A program made the translations under genes and the position numbers. A stretch of 54,601 bases of DNA from Erysipelotrichaceae bacterium (GTDB lineage Bacteria > Bacillota_I > Bacilli_A > Erysipelotrichales > Erysipelotrichaceae), in contig JAGAFL010000088.1 of assembly GCA_017612595.1 (NCBI GenBank), forward strand, positions 1 to 54,601, read 5' to 3'. This document shows positions 37,247 to 46,885 of this stretch, one piece after another. The notes beneath the pieces are model-generated. The model worked only from the letters and a program-made list of their open reading frames with translations, did no database searches and was not told the origin of the DNA. How positions within the stretch are numbered: position 1 is the stretch's first letter; each line of letters opens with the position of its first letter.

Positions 37247-38467
37247 ATGGAAATGGCGCTGAATCTTGATCCAAAGGGCAGATATCTGATCGGAGTATCC
37301 GGTGGAAGTGACTCAATGGCACTTCTTTCTTTATGCCTCAGACAGGGCTATGACGTCATTGTCTGCCACGTTAATTACCGACTCAGGAAAAACGCTGACC
37401 GGGAAGAGGAACTGGTCAGAGCTTTCTGCCGGGAAAACGGCATTGAGATCCATGTTGATTATCCGGTAAAGCGGGAAAGCGGAAACTTCCAGAACTGGGC
37501 CCGCGAAGCCCGCTATGACTTCTATCGCCGCATCTACCTTCAGGAAAACTGTACGGCGCTGTTATTAGGTCATCAGAAGGATGACCACGTGGAAAACTAT
37601 CTGATGAGCCTTCAGCGGGGTTCCAGAGGCTGGTACTACGGCATCAGAAGGCAGACAGTTCATCACGGCATGCTGATCATCAGGCCGCTGCTGGACGTGC
37701 GCAAGCGCGAGACCAGGCAGTACTGTCTTGATAACAGCATTCCCTTCGGTGACGACGAATCGAACTTTACCGATCATTACAGCCGCAACCGCATCCGCCA
37801 TGAAATGGTGGAGAAGGCTGACGACGCGCAGATCGAACAGTGGTGCCGGCAGATCGAGGAACTGAATCTGGCTCAGCAGCAGAAGATCAGCCACATTGAG
37901 GTCAACTATCATGAAGACGTTCTTTCCCTGGAAGCTTACCGGCAGGAAGACAGGGAAATGCGGCATCTCATCCTGCGCCATCTTATCAGCCGCTTTTTGC
38001 CGGATAATCCTTCCGAAGACTTCATCAGCGAGACCGACAGGCTGCTTACGGACAGCGAGGGCAACCATCACCTCCGGCTGAACGGCAGATATACGCTTTT
38101 TGTCGACTACGGAACCTTCTATGTATGCGACGTGACGGAAAGATACAGCTATCAGCTGGAAAGAAATCAGCTGCTGCAGACGCCGTACTTCCGCATCTGC
38201 TTACAGGGAGAGACCATTGAAAGGATCGGCGTAAACGAAGACGAATGGCCGCTGACCATCCGCAGCGCCGAGCCGGGCGATGAAATAGAACTGCGTTACG
38301 GCACCAAGAAGCTCAACCGCTTCTTCACCGACCGCAAGATTCCCCACGGAAAGAGGCTGTTATGGCCGGTGGTTCTCAACTGCCGCGGCGAGGTAATCTT
38401 CGTAGCCGGCATCGGCTGTGAGAGGCATCATTTCTTTACTAATGAATTTATCTTTATGATAAAATAG
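37247..38467 (+). CDS. tilS: tRNA(Ile)-lysidine synthase
   Basis: IGVSGGSDSMALL PP-loop, LLLGHQKDDHVEN, and synteny with hpt-ftsH. Confidence 0.92.
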   Translation: MEMALNLDPKGRYLIGVSGGSDSMALLSLCLRQGYDVIVCHVNYRLRKNADREEELVRAFCRENGIEIHVDYPVKRESGNFQNWAREARYDFYRRIYLQENCTALLLGHQKDDHVENYLMSLQRGSRGWYYGIRRQTVHHGMLIIRPLLDVRKRETRQYCLDNSIPFGDDESNFTDHYSRNRIRHEMVEKADDAQIEQWCRQIEELNLAQQQKISHIEVNYHEDVLSLEAYRQEDREMRHLILRHLISRFLPDNPSEDFISETDRLLTDSEGNHHLRLNGRYTLFVDYGTFYVCDVTERYSYQLERNQLLQTPYFRICLQGETIERIGVNEDEWPLTIRSAEPGDEIELRYGTKKLNRFFTDRKIPHGKRLLWPVVLNCRGEVIFVAGIGCERHHFFTNEFIFMIK

Positions 38468-38498
38468 ATGTGTTATAACGCGAAAAGGGAGGACGCTT

Positions 38499-39035
38499 AT
38501 GCATCAGGACATCAAGAAGATTCTGTTTACCGAAGAAGACATCAGAAACAGATGCATCGAACTGGGAAAAGAGATCTCAGACGCCTACAGAGACAATGAA
38601 CACGACCTGCTGTTTGTCGGCATTCTCAAGGGCTCCATTCCCTTCTTTGCGGAGCTGATCAAGCACGTTGACATCGATGTCGAGTACGACTTCATCGCTG
38701 CCTGCAGTTATGAAGGCACCGAATCCGTCGGCGACATCAAGATCATCAAGGATCTGGACTGCTCAGTCGTTGACCGCGACATCGTCCTGGTCGAGGACAT
38801 CATCGATACCGGCCTGACACTCAAGGAGATCAAGGAACTGCTCTATCACAAGGGTGCTCACGAAGTCAGAATCGCCGCTCTTCTCAACAAGCAGAGCCGG
38901 AGGATCAATGATGTCAGCGCCGATTTCCTGGGCTTTGAAATACCCAATGAATTCGTTGTCGGCTTTGGTCTGGACTATAACCAGAAATACCGCAACCTGC
39001 CCTACATCGGCGTGCTGAAGGAAGAAAAGTATTAA
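38499..39035 (+). CDS. hpt: Hypoxanthine phosphoribosyltransferase
   Basis: VLVEDIIDTGLTL PRPP-binding motif, FVVGFGLDYNQKYRNLPYIG, and 178 aa. Confidence 0.95.
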   Translation: MHQDIKKILFTEEDIRNRCIELGKEISDAYRDNEHDLLFVGILKGSIPFFAELIKHVDIDVEYDFIAACSYEGTESVGDIKIIKDLDCSVVDRDIVLVEDIIDTGLTLKEIKELLYHKGAHEVRIAALLNKQSRRINDVSADFLGFEIPNEFVVGFGLDYNQKYRNLPYIGVLKEEKY

Positions 39036-39050
39036 GGAGCGTGAATATAT

Positions 39051-40901
39051 TTGAAGAAGAACAGACTGGTAGGAATAATACCATATATAATAACGGCTCT
39101 GATGATCGTGGCGCTGTTCAGCTATACCAACGCCAGCCGTACCAAGACGCTTAACTACGGCGAATTTGAAAAGATCATTCAGACCAAGAACATCAACAAG
39201 GTGACCCTGACCATGAATTCCACGGTCATCGACATCAGCGGAACCTATAAGGAAAACGACACGGAATACATCTTCCTTGCCAGCGTTCCCAACACGGAGA
39301 CGCAGAACAACGAACTGATGGAACTGCTTCATTCCAAGGTGAAGGACGCCAACATCATCGTCAAGAATCCGTATCAGACTAATTATCTGATGCAGGCGCT
39401 GGCGGAACTGGTTCCCCTGCTGCTGCTGGTAGCCTTCGGTGTCTACATGATCAACCGGATGAACGCCGGCAGCAATGCCAAGGCCTTTGAATTCTCCAAG
39501 TCGCGGGCGCGTCTGGAAGGCAACATCAAGGTTACCTTCGATGACGTTGCCGGCTGTGAGGAAGAAAAGGAAGAGATGGCTGAGATCATCGAATACCTGC
39601 GCAATCCGGACAAGTTCTCCAAGATGGGCGCCCGCATTCCCAAGGGCATCCTGATGGTCGGCGCTCCGGGCACCGGCAAGACCCTGCTGGCCAAGGCCGT
39701 AGCCGGTGAAGCCGATGTACCGTTCTACTCCATCTCCGGTTCAGACTTCGTGGAGATGTTCGTCGGTGTCGGCGCTTCCCGCGTCAGAGACATGTTCAAG
39801 ACCGCTCAGAAGACAGCGCCGTGCATGATCTTCATCGATGAGATCGACGCCGTAGGCAGGCAGAGAGGTGCCGGTCTGGGCGGCGGCAACGATGAAAGAG
39901 AACAGACCCTCAACCAGCTGCTGGTTGAGCTGGACGGCATTGAAGAGAATCAGGGCATCGTCGTCATCGCGGCGACCAACCGCCCCGACGTTCTTGACCC
40001 GGCTCTGCTGAGACCGGGAAGATTTGACCGTCAGGTCACTGTTTCCATGCCCGACAAGAAGGGCCGTCTGGCCATTCTTAAGGTCCACGCCCGCAACAAG
40101 AAGTTTGCGGACGACATCAATCTCGAACATCTGGCTGCCCGTACGCCGGGTTTCTCCGGAGCTGATCTGGAGAACGTCCTGAACGAAGCGGCCATCATGG
40201 CAGTCCGCAATAACCACGACCTCATTCAGATGTCCGATCTGGATGAAGGCATCGACCGCACCATCGGCGGCCCGGCCAAGAAGTCCCGCAAGTACAGCGA
40301 CCGGGAGAAGCACATGGTTGCCGTTCACGAATCCGGGCATGCTGTCATCGGCCTGTTCCTTGAGGACGCCGATGAGGTTCAGAAGGTCACCATCATTCCG
40401 CGCGGCATGGCCGGCGGCTATAACCTGATGACCCCGAAGGAAGACAACATGCTGCACACCAAGAGCCAGCTGGAAAGCCAGATCGTCGGCCTGCTGGGCG
40501 GACGGGTAGCTGAGGAAATGGTTCTGGGTGAGATCTCCACCGGTGCCAGCAATGACATCGAAAGAGCTACCGAGATCGCCAAGGGAATGGTCAGCGCCTA
40601 TGGCATGAGTTCCATCGGCCCGATCCAGTATTCCAAGCAGGACGGCAACGTCTTCCTTGGCCGCGATTATACAACCAACAAGACGTATTCCGATCAGGTT
40701 GCCTTTGAGATCGATCAGGAAGTCCGCAAGATCATTCAGCAGAGCTACAGCAAGGCTCAGGAGATCATCGGCGAACACCGCGATACTCTGGACAACATCG
40801 TCAGAGCCCTGGAGGAACAGGAGACCCTGACCAAGGAAGATCTGGAAAACATCGTCAGATACGGAACCGTCAGCGCACCGGCCGAAAAAGCCGAAGACTG
40901 A
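39051..40901 (+). CDS. ftsH: ATP-dependent zinc metalloprotease FtsH
   Basis: TTG start after [19 protein letters not shown] Walker [10 protein letters not shown], the second region of homology ([19 protein letters not shown]), and the HESGHAV zinc motif. Confidence 0.97.
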   Translation: MKKNRLVGIIPYIITALMIVALFSYTNASRTKTLNYGEFEKIIQTKNINKVTLTMNSTVIDISGTYKENDTEYIFLASVPNTETQNNELMELLHSKVKDANIIVKNPYQTNYLMQALAELVPLLLLVAFGVYMINRMNAGSNAKAFEFSKSRARLEGNIKVTFDDVAGCEEEKEEMAEIIEYLRNPDKFSKMGARIPKGILMVGAPGTGKTLLAKAVAGEADVPFYSISGSDFVEMFVGVGASRVRDMFKTAQKTAPCMIFIDEIDAVGRQRGAGLGGGNDEREQTLNQLLVELDGIEENQGIVVIAATNRPDVLDPALLRPGRFDRQVTVSMPDKKGRLAILKVHARNKKFADDINLEHLAARTPGFSGADLENVLNEAAIMAVRNNHDLIQMSDLDEGIDRTIGGPAKKSRKYSDREKHMVAVHESGHAVIGLFLEDADEVQKVTIIPRGMAGGYNLMTPKEDNMLHTKSQLESQIVGLLGGRVAEEMVLGEISTGASNDIERATEIAKGMVSAYGMSSIGPIQYSKQDGNVFLGRDYTTNKTYSDQVAFEIDQEVRKIIQQSYSKAQEIIGEHRDTLDNIVRALEEQETLTKEDLENIVRYGTVSAPAEKAED

Positions 40902-40906
40902 TGAAG

Positions 40907-40934
40907 AAAAACAGCACATGCCGTGCTGTTTTTA
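40907..40934 (+). terminator. Rho-independent terminator or attenuator after ftsH
   Basis: ACAGCAC, ATGCC loop, GTGCTGT, followed by TTTT. Confidence 0.65.
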
Positions 40935-40949
40935 GAGGAAGGAGACAAC

Positions 40950-41855
40950 ATGGATAAACTGTCAAGAGGAACAGCGCTCAACGGCAACGTCAGAGTGTTC
41001 TGCTGCAATACCACCGCCCTGGTACAGGAAGCGGTAACCAAACATGATCTGTATCCTACTGCCGCTGCCGCCCTGGGCCGCACTCTTTCCGTGGCCTGCA
41101 TCATGGGCAGCATGCTGAAGGACAGCAAGGAAAAACTGGAAATCGTCATTGACGGAAACGGTCCGATCGGCCAGGTCGTCGTGGACGGTTATTATGACGG
41201 TTCGGTCAGAGGCTACGTGGATAATCCGCACGTCCAGTTTGAGAAGGAAAACCACAAGCTCGATGTCGGCAAGGCTGTCGGGACTGACGGTGTGCTGAGG
41301 GTCGTGAAGGATCTCAGCATGAAGCGTCCGTTCATTTCCGAAGTGCCGCTGCAGTCCGGTGAGATCGGCGACGACTTTGCCTACTATTTTGCGGAAAGCG
41401 AGCAGACCAACAGTGCCGTCAGCGTCGGCGTACTGGTCGATACCGACTGTTCGATCAAGTCAGCAGGCGCTCTGATCATTCAGATGATGCCCAGTGCCGT
41501 GGAAGCGGACATTCAGATCGTCGAAAACATCGTCACCCATCTGAAGCCGGTCAGCCAGATCATCAATGAGATGCAGGATCCCGGCGAGATTGCCAAGGCG
41601 ATCTTCTCCGACTATGAAGAGCTGGAAACCAGGGAACTGCAGTTCAAGTGCGAATGCTCAAGGGCCCGCTTTGCCCGCGTGCTGTCCAAGCTGCCGGAAA
41701 AGGATCTGCAGGAAATGATCGACGAGGATCACGGCTGCGAGGTCGTCTGCAAGTTCTGCGGCAGGAAGTACCGATTCAGCGAGGAGACCCTGCAGGGTTA
41801 TGTCAACGCCCACAAAGCGCGCAGGGAGAGCAAAGAGAAGAAGAATGAAGCTTAA
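40950..41855 (+). CDS. hslO: Redox-regulated chaperone Hsp33
   Basis: I chose ATG 40950, after GGAAGGAG. The C-terminal zinc centre is CECS...CKFCGRKYRF (CxC...CxxC). Confidence 0.92.
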   Translation: MDKLSRGTALNGNVRVFCCNTTALVQEAVTKHDLYPTAAAALGRTLSVACIMGSMLKDSKEKLEIVIDGNGPIGQVVVDGYYDGSVRGYVDNPHVQFEKENHKLDVGKAVGTDGVLRVVKDLSMKRPFISEVPLQSGEIGDDFAYYFAESEQTNSAVSVGVLVDTDCSIKSAGALIIQMMPSAVEADIQIVENIVTHLKPVSQIINEMQDPGEIAKAIFSDYEELETRELQFKCECSRARFARVLSKLPEKDLQEMIDEDHGCEVVCKFCGRKYRFSEETLQGYVNAHKARRESKEKKNEA

Positions 41856-42846
41856 GATCGGAGACAGGGAACTGGCAAACCGGATAATTGTGGGACCGAT
41901 GGCTGGAATATCCAACCAGTCTTTCCGCTGCATCATGAAGCAGTTCGGCGCCGCCCTTTCCGTTTCCGAAATGATATCCGACAAGGCCATACATTACAAA
42001 AACAAGAAGACCCTGAAGATGTGCGAGGTGCTGGAAGAAGAAAGGCCGATGGCCCTGCAGCTGTTCGGCTATGACATCGATACGATGGTTGAAGGCGCCG
42101 CATACATGGATCAGAAGACCGACTGCGACATCATCGACATTAACATGGGATGCCCGGTCCGCAAGGTCGTCCGCAACAACGGCGGCTCGGCGCTGATGAG
42201 AGAGCCGCAGCATGCCTACGAACTGGTCAGAGCGATGAAGGAAAGCGTCCGCAAGCCCCTGACTGTCAAGCTGAGAGCTGGATGGGATCTTGACAGCATC
42301 AACGTTGTGGAAATGGCTCAGCTGATGGAAAAGGCCGGAGCGGATGCCGTGACCATTCATCCCCGGGTGAAGACGCAGTTCTACAGCGGCAAGGCTGACT
42401 GGAACCTCATCAGGGAAGTCAAAGAAGCCATCAGCATCCCGGTCATCGGCAACGGCGACATCCGCAGCGTTGATGACCTGATCGCCATGGAACAGCTGTG
42501 CCGCTGTGACGGCTTCATGGTCGCCCGCGGCTGTCTGGGCAATCCCTGGCTGATCCGTCAGCTGGGCGAGTACGACGAAAGAGGCATCAGGCTGGATCCG
42601 CCGACACCTCAGGAAAGGATCGATCAGTGTCTTGCCCACGCCAGAAGGCTCTGCGAGCTGAAAGGCGAAAGACCGGCCATCAAGGAAATGCGGGGTCATG
42701 CCTGCTGGTACATTGACGGGCTGCCCAAGGCCAACCGGGTCAAGGCCAAGATCAACTTCATGAACACCATGGAGCAGCTTGAGACCATCATGGCTGAATA
42801 TCTGAAGGCCATGGCTGATGACGATTATTCATATTTCGAAAACTGA
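41845..42846 (+). CDS. dusB: tRNA-dihydrouridine synthase B
   Basis: I chose Met 41845 (MKLKIGDRELANRIIVGPMAGISN). DINMGCP, a TIM-barrel FMN pattern, and VARGCLGNPW are present. Confidence 0.9.
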   Translation: MKLKIGDRELANRIIVGPMAGISNQSFRCIMKQFGAALSVSEMISDKAIHYKNKKTLKMCEVLEEERPMALQLFGYDIDTMVEGAAYMDQKTDCDIIDINMGCPVRKVVRNNGGSALMREPQHAYELVRAMKESVRKPLTVKLRAGWDLDSINVVEMAQLMEKAGADAVTIHPRVKTQFYSGKADWNLIREVKEAISIPVIGNGDIRSVDDLIAMEQLCRCDGFMVARGCLGNPWLIRQLGEYDERGIRLDPPTPQERIDQCLAHARRLCELKGERPAIKEMRGHACWYIDGLPKANRVKAKINFMNTMEQLETIMAEYLKAMADDDYSYFEN

Positions 42847-42871
42847 CCGCCAAAGCGGCCTTTTTTCATAA

Positions 42872-42899
42872 GAAAACGGAAACCGCGGTTTCCGTTTTC
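42872..42899. terminator. Bidirectional terminator (perfect 28-nt palindrome)
   Basis: GAAAACGGAAACCGCGGTTTCCGTTTTC lies between convergent genes. Confidence 0.8.
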
Positions 42900-42912
42900 T
42901 GTGTTGTTCTGT

Positions 42913-43806
42913 CTAGTTCAGATCATGCTGCTCATAAGGAGCGGAAAGCGGCTGGTCGAGGATGTCGGGATGCAGAAGGATGTCCTTCAGCAATTCCAGA
43001 GCTCTGGCGAAATAGAAGCCGTCACCGATCCTCTCATCAATGGTAAAGCCCATGGAAATGGCATTACGCATTTCATAGGAACCGTCATCATTGAAGAACG
43101 GGATCTTCTTAGCCTGATTGATCAGGGCGAAAATGGAATTGGTGCCCCAGTTGATCAGGTGATGATAGACGGCCGACATCCTGATGGAGCCCAGATTGGA
43201 CACAAAGCAGGAAGAACTGTAGGGATCGACGGTGGCCAGGGCCTTGGGCAGTTTGTCGTTGGCGTTGAGCCAGAACAGCAGTCTGATGAAGGCCTTGAGT
43301 ATGGGACGCGGGATCTTGGAGATCCACTGAAGCTGCTGTGACGTATCATCGACAGCATCCTCGGTCTTGATTTTGTATACTTCAGCGCAGATCTTGTCGT
43401 GAATCTGCTGGCAGATGGGAACATCGTTATCATCAGCCGTGATGATCAGAACCGATTCAGCGCTGTTTTCCGTCATCTTGTTCTTGGCGATGAAACAGAA
43501 GGAAATGTCCTTGCGCTGATAGTAACGGTTGCCGATGATGAAGCGGTTCATCTTCGGTTTCATGTAGCAGACCTTGGCCAGAGCGGCCAGAATGACGTGG
43601 AAATAAGTGTATTTGTACTGCGGCTTTTCCCCGTTCTTTCTCTCCAGATACCGGTCTACTTCCGATACGTCAAAATTATCGAAGAGAACGGCTTCGTTGT
43701 CGGCTCTTTCACCGAAGATATAGGGCATTATGGCATGGATCGGATCGCCGCTGGCAGCCAAAGTGCCATCATGTCTGTCGCCGCGTTTTTTCTTCTGCTC
43801 AGTCAT
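42913..43806 (-). CDS. CAT / 2-oxoacid-dehydrogenase-E2-like acyltransferase-fold protein with an atypical active-site motif
   Basis: 297 aa. The C-terminal SMGFTIDERIGDGFYFARAL matches the E2/CAT signature (D/H)HRxxDG, except that Glu replaces the catalytic His. Confidence 0.55.
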   Translation of the reverse strand: MTEQKKKRGDRHDGTLAASGDPIHAIMPYIFGERADNEAVLFDNFDVSEVDRYLERKNGEKPQYKYTYFHVILAALAKVCYMKPKMNRFIIGNRYYQRKDISFCFIAKNKMTENSAESVLIITADDNDVPICQQIHDKICAEVYKIKTEDAVDDTSQQLQWISKIPRPILKAFIRLLFWLNANDKLPKALATVDPYSSSCFVSNLGSIRMSAVYHHLINWGTNSIFALINQAKKIPFFNDDGSYEMRNAISMGFTIDERIGDGFYFARALELLKDILLHPDILDQPLSAPYEQHDLN

Positions 43807-43860
43807 GGTAAATACCTCCGTTATTACTCCTTAACTATAAACCAAATGTCTTTCGTTGGC

Positions 43861-43888
43861 AAAAAAGACGGCAGTCTGAGCTGCCGTC
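43861..43888 (-). terminator. Rho-independent terminator of ppiB (minus strand)
   Basis: On the minus strand, GACGGCAG, CTCAGA loop, CTGCCGTC, followed by a T6 run. Confidence 0.75.
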
Positions 43889-43893
43889 AATGC

Positions 43894-44364
43894 TTATTCT
43901 TCTCTGATGCTCTTAATGACCTGCGGAGCAAGCGGTCTGTCCCGGAAGTCGGTCGGCGTGCAGGCAATGCGGTCGACCACATCCATGCCTTCAACGACCT
44001 TGCCGAAGGCGGCATAGCTGCCATCCAGATGGGGAGCGTTCTTATGCATGATGAAGAACTGGGATGATGCGCTGTCCGGGTCGGCGCTGCGGGCCATCGA
44101 GATGACTCCGGCCGTGTGCTTAAGCGGATTGTCGTGGCCGTTGGCTGCGAATTCGCCGACGATCCGTTCGTCGCTTCCGCCCATGCCGGTGCCGGTTGGG
44201 TCACCGCCCTGAATCATGAAGCCTTTGATGACCCTATGGAAGATCAGGCCGTCATAGAAGTGTCTTTGTACCAGTCTGCGGAAATTCTCCACAGTCTTCG
44301 GAGCGGCCGTTTCGTCAAGCTCAACTCTGATGATGCCGCCGTCATTCATTTCAATTACGATCAT
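43894..44364 (-). CDS. ppiB: Peptidyl-prolyl cis-trans isomerase, cyclophilin type
   Basis: FHRVIKGFMIQGGDP, SMARSADPDSASSQFFI, and 156 aa. Confidence 0.93.
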   Translation of the reverse strand: MIVIEMNDGGIIRVELDETAAPKTVENFRRLVQRHFYDGLIFHRVIKGFMIQGGDPTGTGMGGSDERIVGEFAANGHDNPLKHTAGVISMARSADPDSASSQFFIMHKNAPHLDGSYAAFGKVVEGMDVVDRIACTPTDFRDRPLAPQVIKSIREE

Positions 44365-44373
44365 GTTTTTCTC

Positions 44374-44832
44374 CTATCTGACCTTCATGGCCTTTTCGAT
44401 TTCTCTCTTCTGGTCCCGTTCCTTGATGGTTTCTCTCTTGTCATAGAGAGCTTTGCCCTTGGCCAGAGCGATCTCCAGCTTGCACAGGCCGCGCTTGAAG
44501 TACATCCTGGTCGGGACCACGGTATAACCCTTGATGGCGACGGCTTTCCTAAGCTGTCTGATCTCGTATTTATGAAGAAGCAGCCGGCGCGGGCGGGTCT
44601 CATCGTGATTGAAGATGTTGCCGTGGTCGTAGGGAGCAATGTGCATGTCCACGATGAAAGCTTCGCTTCCCTTGAAGTCGATGTAGGCTTCCTTGAACTG
44701 CACATGACCCTGACGGATGCTCTTGATCTCGGTACCGGTCAGTTCAATGCCGGCTTCGAAGAACTCCTCGAGGAAGTAGTCATGGCGCGCTCTGCGGTTG
44801 AGGGCAATGACCTTGATATTCTTTTCTTCCAT
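44374..44832 (-). CDS. smpB: SsrA-binding protein SmpB
   Basis: NRRARHDYFLEE...GTEIKSIR, RPRRLLLHKYEI, and 152 aa. Confidence 0.95.
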   Translation of the reverse strand: MEEKNIKVIALNRRARHDYFLEEFFEAGIELTGTEIKSIRQGHVQFKEAYIDFKGSEAFIVDMHIAPYDHGNIFNHDETRPRRLLLHKYEIRQLRKAVAIKGYTVVPTRMYFKRGLCKLEIALAKGKALYDKRETIKERDQKREIEKAMKVR

Positions 44833-44863
44833 AACTCCTTTGATAAAAAAAGACCGGATGGTC

Positions 44864-45100
44864 TTAAGCGTTCTGGGTAACGATTAACTTGATGATTACC
44901 AGCACGAAGAACAGGACGATCGAGCAGAGTGTCACCATGGCGATCACTTTCTCGGGGCCTCTTTCCTTCAGGTTGCTGAACAGGTTAAGTCCGCCATTAC
45001 CACCGGTGAAAGCACTGCTTACGCCGGCTGATTTTCCGCTTTGTAACAGAACCAGCAGGATGATTACTACTGAGGTGAGCATAATCAATATATCTAACAT
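44864..45100 (-). CDS. secG: Preprotein translocase subunit SecG
   Basis: 78 aa with two TM helices and the LLQSGKSAG...GG pattern typical of SecG. It lies upstream of smpB, in a conserved region. Confidence 0.8.
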   Translation of the reverse strand: MLDILIMLTSVVIILLVLLQSGKSAGVSSAFTGGNGGLNLFSNLKERGPEKVIAMVTLCSIVLFFVLVIIKLIVTQNA

Positions 45101-45126
45101 GTCTAAACTCCTTTGAATTGCTTACT

Positions 45127-45155
45127 TATTATAACAAACCGAAAAACGTAATTCA
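45127..45155 (-). promoter_or_regulatory. Sigma-A promoter for secG (minus strand)
   Basis: On the minus strand, TTGAAT (plus-strand 45150-45155), a 17-nt spacer, then TATAAT (plus-strand 45127-45132). Confidence 0.55.
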
Positions 45156-45206
45156 ACACAGCAGATCCAACGATTTTCACAGGTTTTCCGGTACTTTTAG
45201 CGCCGA

Positions 45207-46124
45207 TCAGGGAAGGCGGAAGGTTTTCTGCCTTTCTCTCAGCAGCGAGAATTCCGCATGGGTGATGATGCCGCCGTTTTCGCCGTCCAGTGTCCATTCG
45301 CATTCGTCATTGAAGTCGATGGTCAGATGGTCGGCGTGGAAGCTGGTCAGCAGGACGTTGTCTGGCTTGCCGGAAAGCAGCGAACCGACCAGTTCGTTGA
45401 GGTCCCTGACATTATCGGTCCTGCTGATGAGGGTTACCTCAAACTGGCCGTCGTCGATCTTACTGTGTTCGATGATGGACGGGGTGAAGCCGCCGACGGA
45501 GGTGGAGTTGGAAATGGCGCCTAAGAGGAAATCTCCTTCGATCGTCCGCTCATCGCACTTAAGCACCAGATGGTGGCTGTGCCCGAGTTCCTTGGGAGCG
45601 ACGGAAATGGCATTAAGCATGTAGGCCAGAAAGCCGAAGGTGTTTTTCATGTTCTGGTCCGTCTTGTAGCTGACGCCGGTAAAGCTGCCGAAGGCAGCAA
45701 CATAGTTGAAGCAGGTGTCGTTGATTCTGACCAGGTCATAGCGGAACTGCCGGTTGGCGGCAATCGCTTCGACGATCTCCTGGCTGGTGACCGTCCGCTT
45801 GCCGTAAAGCGAAAAGGCAAAGTCGTTGCATGATCCCGTAGGCAGGTAGGCGACGGGGATGTCCAGATCATTGCGGACGAGATAGTTGACCAGATAATTA
45901 AGGGTGCCGTCACCGCCGCAGCACAGGATGGCTTCATAATCCCGGGAAGTATTGTCCAGGATGGCGTCGGAAGTCAGTCCCTGATCCGGGATGATGGGAT
46001 AGGAAACCGTCTCAAAGCCCTTCAGAGCGAGTTCTCTGATCAGACTGACGAGCTGGGTTTTGCCGCCGCCTTTTCCGGAGGAGAAGTTGGCCAGCAACAG
46101 TATTTTCTTTCGCATTTTCCTCAC
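45207..46124 (-). CDS. dagK: Diacylglycerol/lipid kinase (DagK/YegS family)
   Basis: ILCCGGDGTLN motif, PTGSCNDFA, and a size of about 305 aa. Confidence 0.85.
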   Translation of the reverse strand: MRKMRKKILLLANFSSGKGGGKTQLVSLIRELALKGFETVSYPIIPDQGLTSDAILDNTSRDYEAILCCGGDGTLNYLVNYLVRNDLDIPVAYLPTGSCNDFAFSLYGKRTVTSQEIVEAIAANRQFRYDLVRINDTCFNYVAAFGSFTGVSYKTDQNMKNTFGFLAYMLNAISVAPKELGHSHHLVLKCDERTIEGDFLLGAISNSTSVGGFTPSIIEHSKIDDGQFEVTLISRTDNVRDLNELVGSLLSGKPDNVLLTSFHADHLTIDFNDECEWTLDGENGGIITHAEFSLLRERQKTFRLP

Positions 46125-46165
46125 CTTCTGTTTATCTGGTTCCTAAAAAGGTATATATTAATTAT

Positions 46166-46885
46166 ATGAAAAAATTGGGCTTATTACTATTGGCGGTCAT
46201 GATTTTAACCGGCTGTTCCTCAATACATTCCCACAGCTGGGCGCCGGCAAACTATCAGCAGCCTTCAACCTGTTCAACCTGTGGACAGACTCAGGGGGAG
46301 GCAAAGACCGCGGACTTTGAGAAATACAAGATCAAGGCAAATCCGCTCACGGCCGATGTTGCCTATGAATACCATACCATCTGTTCAGAGACGGATGATC
46401 CGACTGCCGGAAGCGTCAGCGTTGCTTCCTGGCAGGTTTTTGCCAGCGATGAAACCCATCAGGCCAGAAACGGCTATCAGTGGCAGGTTCTGACCCTGAA
46501 ACTGAAGATCGGCAATGAGGCCAGCAATCAGTACGGCTTCCGCTATAACTATGTCATCTGCGACTACTATGACATTGAGAGCTTCAGCAAGTCCTATGAG
46601 TATGACGAGGAAAAGCAGTACAACACCTTCACGGTCAACTACTTCGGCAAGGACTACGAAGACTGCCGTCTGCGCGTCATCTGCAATAACGGCGAATGGC
46701 TTCAGAAAGGTCTTTCCTACTACAAGAACATCACCGTTACCTTCGAAGCCCTGCTTCCGGAAGGCTATGACGGACTGGTCGTCGGCTTACGGGACAGCAG
46801 TATTTCCACCGAAGGAAAGTATTATCTCAATCAGTACTATGAAGAAGACAGCTTCGTGCTGTTCAGAATGGGGGCAGTGAAATGA
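46166..46885 (+). CDS. Lipoprotein, function unknown
   Basis: Signal peptide plus lipobox MKKLGLLLLAVMILTG-C. The CSTCG pair near the N-terminus and the remainder are uncharacterised. Confidence 0.7.
   Translation: MKKLGLLLLAVMILTGCSSIHSHSWAPANYQQPSTCSTCGQTQGEAKTADFEKYKIKANPLTADVAYEYHTICSETDDPTAGSVSVASWQVFASDETHQARNGYQWQVLTLKLKIGNEASNQYGFRYNYVICDYYDIESFSKSYEYDEEKQYNTFTVNYFGKDYEDCRLRVICNNGEWLQKGLSYYKNITVTFEALLPEGYDGLVVGLRDSSISTEGKYYLNQYYEEDSFVLFRMGAVK

Noticed and set aside
44300-44900. A search for tmRNA (ssrA) next to smpB
   Set aside because: smpB is flanked tightly by ppiB (a 9-nt gap) and secG (a 31-nt gap). There is no room for tmRNA, and no tRNA-like acceptor or T-arm sequence is seen.
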